This document shows, piece by piece, positions 60,015 to 64,000 of a stretch of 64,000 bases of DNA. The stretch is from Eledone cirrhosa (lineage: Eukaryota). How positions within the stretch are numbered: position 1 is the first letter of the stretch; each line of letters starts with the position of its first letter. The DNA lies in assembly GCA_964016885.1 (NCBI GenBank), contig OZ024755.1, positions 9,300,001 to 9,364,000 on the forward strand, in the 5' to 3' direction. The position numbers and the translations under genes are program-made. The notes beneath the pieces were generated by a model. That model saw only the letters and a program-made list of their open reading frames with translations. It made no database searches and was not told where the DNA came from.

Positions 60015-60204
60015 TACATATATATATATATACATATACGTACATATACATATATATACATATATATATACATATATATATATATACCTCTATCTGTGAG
60101 TTCCACAATAAACCCATATATTAACCACTTCAACGCCAAATCCCACCAGCCAAGAGGAATCAAAATATGTTAAAAGTACTTGCTTTCTATCTCTCCTCTC
60201 ACTA

Positions 60205-60241
<37 letters not shown>

Positions 60242-60560
60242 ATTTCTCTCGCTCACTCTCTGCGAACAAAGGGAATTCGTAAATAAATTGTTCCTACTAC
60301 AAAATTTAAATCACATTATCAATGAATCAAGCTTGGATTTAAAACCATAGGGAATGGTGGTTAATTGGCTGGTTGATTATCTGACATAATTATGTTGCTG
60401 GAGTTCCTAACTGTAAGACACTATACAAACTAGAAGCCTATTAAATTCCAGAAGAGAAAAGTACTTTCCGGTTAACAGAAAACTAAAAACAAATAAACAA
60501 TACAATAAAACAATATATATATATATATATTGTTTTATTTTATTGTTTATTTGTTTTTAG

Positions 60561-60601
<41 letters not shown>

Positions 60602-60708
60602 GGTTTTGCCTTAGTAACTTTGTGGTTCAATGCAAGGGGATGCAGAACAATTATATGAAAAACGTAAATTAAGAAAATTATAGTAATTAGCTTACTTACT
60701 TAAATTTC

Positions 60709-60791
60709 ACTCCAACTAATTAGTTTCTGAAAGGGCATATACATAGTCTCCAAATGGAGATCATGGAGAAACCTTTTCGTCATCAGGGAGT
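60709..60791 (-). ncRNA. Type I hammerhead ribozyme (stem II partly degenerate) inside an inverted-repeat cassette
   Basis: Minus strand actcc-CTGATGA-cgaaaagg...ccctttca-GAAA-CTAATTAG-TT-ggagt; inverted copy of the 3' half at 60844-60924. Confidence 0.75.
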
Positions 60792-61189
60792 CGTTCTCAG
60801 CTAAGATACCTGGCGATGCGCGGACACAGGGAACTTATACAATGTGTATATTCCCTTTCAGAAACTAATTAGTTGGAGTGAAAGCTAATTACTATAATTT
60901 TTTTATTTTACGTTTTTCATATATATATATATGGTACCAAGGTGACTAAGAAGTCCCATCAACTTCAGTTTGAATTCAGGATAATCCTTCTCCTAGACAG
61001 ACAGCCAACTAAGGCTAAGGTAGTTGGTTATTATTTTACATATTGGATAGCCGTTGACTCTCCTGACTCCTTCCGCACTTTGACGGGTTTTGTTTTTCAT
61101 CCACTCATAATATCCAAAAGCTCACCGTCCTCAACAAGCAAAGCACTTCATCCGACGCTCTAACGATTCTGCCAATTTACCACTGTAAT

Positions 61190-61299
61190 AATGTGGAATA
61201 AAGTGTCTTGCTCAAGGACACAACCCTCCGTCGAGGATCGAACTCACAGCCATATAATCGTAAGCCGAACATCCTAACCACTAAGCCACGCGACTTCAC
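61190..61299 (-). mobile_element. CORE-type SINE-B 5' part
   Basis: aagtgtcttgctcaaggacac...gatcgaactc...cctaaccactaagccacgcg. Confidence 0.8.
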
Positions 61300-61574
61300 T
61301 GTGAAGCAGAATTTAAATGCTAAAATAACGTATATTAATTAAAATATCTTTAAAATTCTGACTGGAAAGAAAAATTGACATAACTTCAGTTCAACACATG
61401 CGTGACCTCTAACCCACCACCTTCTCCCTCCCGATTGTGTAACTTAATTAATAATGTATAATTTTTTAAAACAACTTTAATAGAAAGATATTTTAAATAT
61501 GTTGCAATTTAAATAATATATATTTAATCTTTTGGGTTGTTTGTTTGTGTTCGCAATTAATAGTTGTAGAAATG

Positions 61575-61712
61575 CTTTTTTTCTACATTCAGCACAAGGC
61601 CAGCAATTTGAAGCGAAGCGGGGAAATCGATTAAATCGTGGACCCCAGTGCATTATTGGTAATTGATCCTGTAAAAATGAAAGGCAAAGCTAACCTTGGT
61701 GGGATTTGAACA
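61575..61712 (-). mobile_element. SINE-A 3' part
   Basis: cacaaggccagcaatt...atgaaaggcaaagctaacct...ggatttgaac. Confidence 0.75.
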
Positions 61713-61794
61713 ACCGTTTGTAGAAATCATATTGTGTTTCTGTAGAAAATCTATGAGATTATCCTGATTGACATATTTATCATCAACGTGAAAT

Positions 61795-62108
61795 CTTAAC
61801 TGGCACATCGTCGGTTACGACGACGAGTGTTCCAGTGAATAAGATCAACGGAACAGCCTGCTTGTAAAAGTAACGTACAAGTGGCTGAGCATTCTATAGA
61901 CATGCGTACTCTTAACGTAGTTCTCAGGGAGATTCAGTGTGGCGCAGATAATGTAATAATGCTACCCTTTGAATTACAGGCACAACTCATTTTTACCAGC
62001 TGGAGCTACGGGAAATAAAGTGTTTTGCTCAAGGACACAAAGCACCACTGAGAATCGAACTCATGATCTTACGATCTGTATACCCTAACCACTATGCCAC
62101 ACGCCTTC
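61795..62108 (-). mobile_element. CORE-type SINE-B, near full length
   Basis: tRNA-like head, CORE-like box and 3' body shared with 34005-34325 and 40510-40972. Confidence 0.8.
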
Positions 62109-63705
62109 ATATCAACGTGAAATTAAGGTTTAATGAAATAAAATAGAAAAAAAACTTTAAAATATTATTTTAGAAAGCGTGCGGAAATTTCATAAACTCA
62201 AAATATATTATAGAAAACTGGCAAATAACATACTTGTGTGAATACCAGTGTGTGCATGAGTCTTGTGAATGTATGAATTTGTGCATGTGTGTGGTGTAGT
62301 GTGGTGTGGTGTGTGTGTGTACGCGCGCATGAGTATGTGTATGTATGAATTTGTGCATATCTGTGTGTGTGTGTGCGTGCTCGAGCATCAGGGAAAACTT
62401 CTAAGGGAAAAAACTTTGAAAGAGTTGTTACCCTTAGTAAGCTATTTATATATATTTTTTAAAGTAACGTATCTATGTTGATAGTACCACAGAAGAACTC
62501 GATCCCTTTCTCTCTCTCACATACACACACACATACGCACGCACACAGGGTGTCATTCGAAGACGGTGGATATTAGTAAAGCGTTTAATAAGGGACTTTA
62601 TTTGTTGTTACAAGCAACGAATTGGCAGAGTCGTTAAAACGTCGGACAGAATGCTTTGCGGTATTCGTATCGACTCGCGGTGTTATAAAAAAAAATCGGG
62701 TAAAATACCCCTATGAACAGAAAAAAGTGACCACATTTTTTCCACCTATAGGAGCAATTTACTCGATTTTCTAAGCTATTGTTTATAGTAATCGATTATA
62801 TTTGCTGGTATTTCTGCGACGCCTGAGTTTGTTACATTTTTTTTGAAATGATTATTAAAACTGTTTATAAATGAAGCGACAACTAAATTGTAATACAAAA
62901 AAAAAAAAACCATCTTTCGACTTAATACGACTGTGGAACTGCTGAATCGGTTTCCCTAGCCCATCGTTATTCAAGATCCTTATATATAAATGCCTTTGTA
63001 CGTCAATGTTTTGAGGAGTTATATCGTCAGGTACTCGGGTTGGGAGGGGCGGAGGAGAAAACTCAGGAAAAAATTAGAGTTTTTCCCCTTAGCTTAGTTA
63101 ATACAGTTTTATGTGAAACAGTTTTACAGCTTTTGGGGAATAGTCTAACCGCGTATGTTGAAAACCGTACTTATAACAACCGTATAAGGTGAATACCCAC
63201 TGTATATAGTTGTAAGAAGAAGAATCATTCTGATTATGTTAGCGTATTGTGAAATCACGCGACCTAATGGTTCACAATCATATGGTCGTGGTTTCAATTC
63301 CCAATTTATGCGATGCACTATGTTTTTGAGAAAAATACTATAATTCAAGTGGCTCCTTCTGCTAGTTGTTGTAGCCGACAGAAAATATCACCAATGGGAA
63401 CATTGTTTCTTCGGCCCGATTTGCTCTCTTTCGGTATTTTGGGGATTTGTTTTTTTTTTTTTTGTTTTTTTTTTACTTCCTTAACTGTATAAAGTCTTGT
63501 TCGATATCTATTTATCCTTAAGAACATATTTATCCTTAAGACCCATGGTGGTAGAACAAGCAGTGAATGGGAAAAAATAAAAATGTAACATCATAAAACT
63601 AATTTTAGGATTGAAATATAATCTTATTAATTAGTGTAGTTAAAATACATTTTAATAAACTCCGATTCACTGCATCAAAAAAGAAAATTTAAATAATTCC
63701 ATTTA

Positions 63706-63903
63706 CGAGGGTAGGCAGAAAAGTTCATAGGTTGACTATGAAGGAGTTATACGAGAGCTGTGAAATCTTACATACATTAATTTCAACTCTTTTTATCAAT
63801 AACTGAATTGTTTCTTTCCAGGGATTATATTGAAAAATAAACCTCATTTGGTCATTCCATAAGAGTATCTTGGTCAGTCTATGAACTTTTCAACTGACCT
63901 TTG
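63706..63903 (+). mobile_element. Mariner-derived MITE (about 200 bp)
   Basis: ta|cgagggtaggcagaaaagttcatag ... ctatgaacttttcaactgacctttg|ta; retains GGG GAT-like GDYIEK* transposase end (gggattatattgaaaaataa). Confidence 0.75.
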
Positions 63904-64000
63904 TATATTGTAGCGATACTAGAGCTGTGAAATCTTGCATGCATTAATTTCAACTTGTTGGAAAATAAACCTCATAAAATACCACAATGTAATTAGCACA

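Overview
This is AT-rich, microsatellite-saturated, essentially non-coding eukaryotic DNA. The repeat repertoire points to a coleoid cephalopod, most likely Octopus (inference). No intact protein-coding gene is supportable: nearly all ORFs in the track are read-throughs of (TA)n, (CA)n, (CT)n or trinucleotide repeats. Recognisable content: many tRNA-derived SINEs from at least three families (several with target-site duplications), 5'-truncated Tx1/L1-clade and RTE-clade LINE 3' ends, a defective mariner with 103-bp inverted ends, mariner-derived MITEs, several minisatellites, and a candidate promoter/first exon at about 24.7-24.8 kb followed by stop-containing exon-like cassettes. The strongest hidden signal is a set of at least 8 type I hammerhead-ribozyme (HHR) motifs from about 6 different sequence families. 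Most sit in short ORF-less cassettes lodged in (TA)n tracts, and several are paired with an inverted copy of themselves, including a 342-bp palindrome carrying an intact HHR on each strand. This matches Penelope-like element pseudo-LTR architecture. It co-occurs with a two-ended (TA)n-anchored element (6 copies) and with repeated fold-back palindromes centred on (TA)n. All alignments and folds were done by eye; no database search was run.
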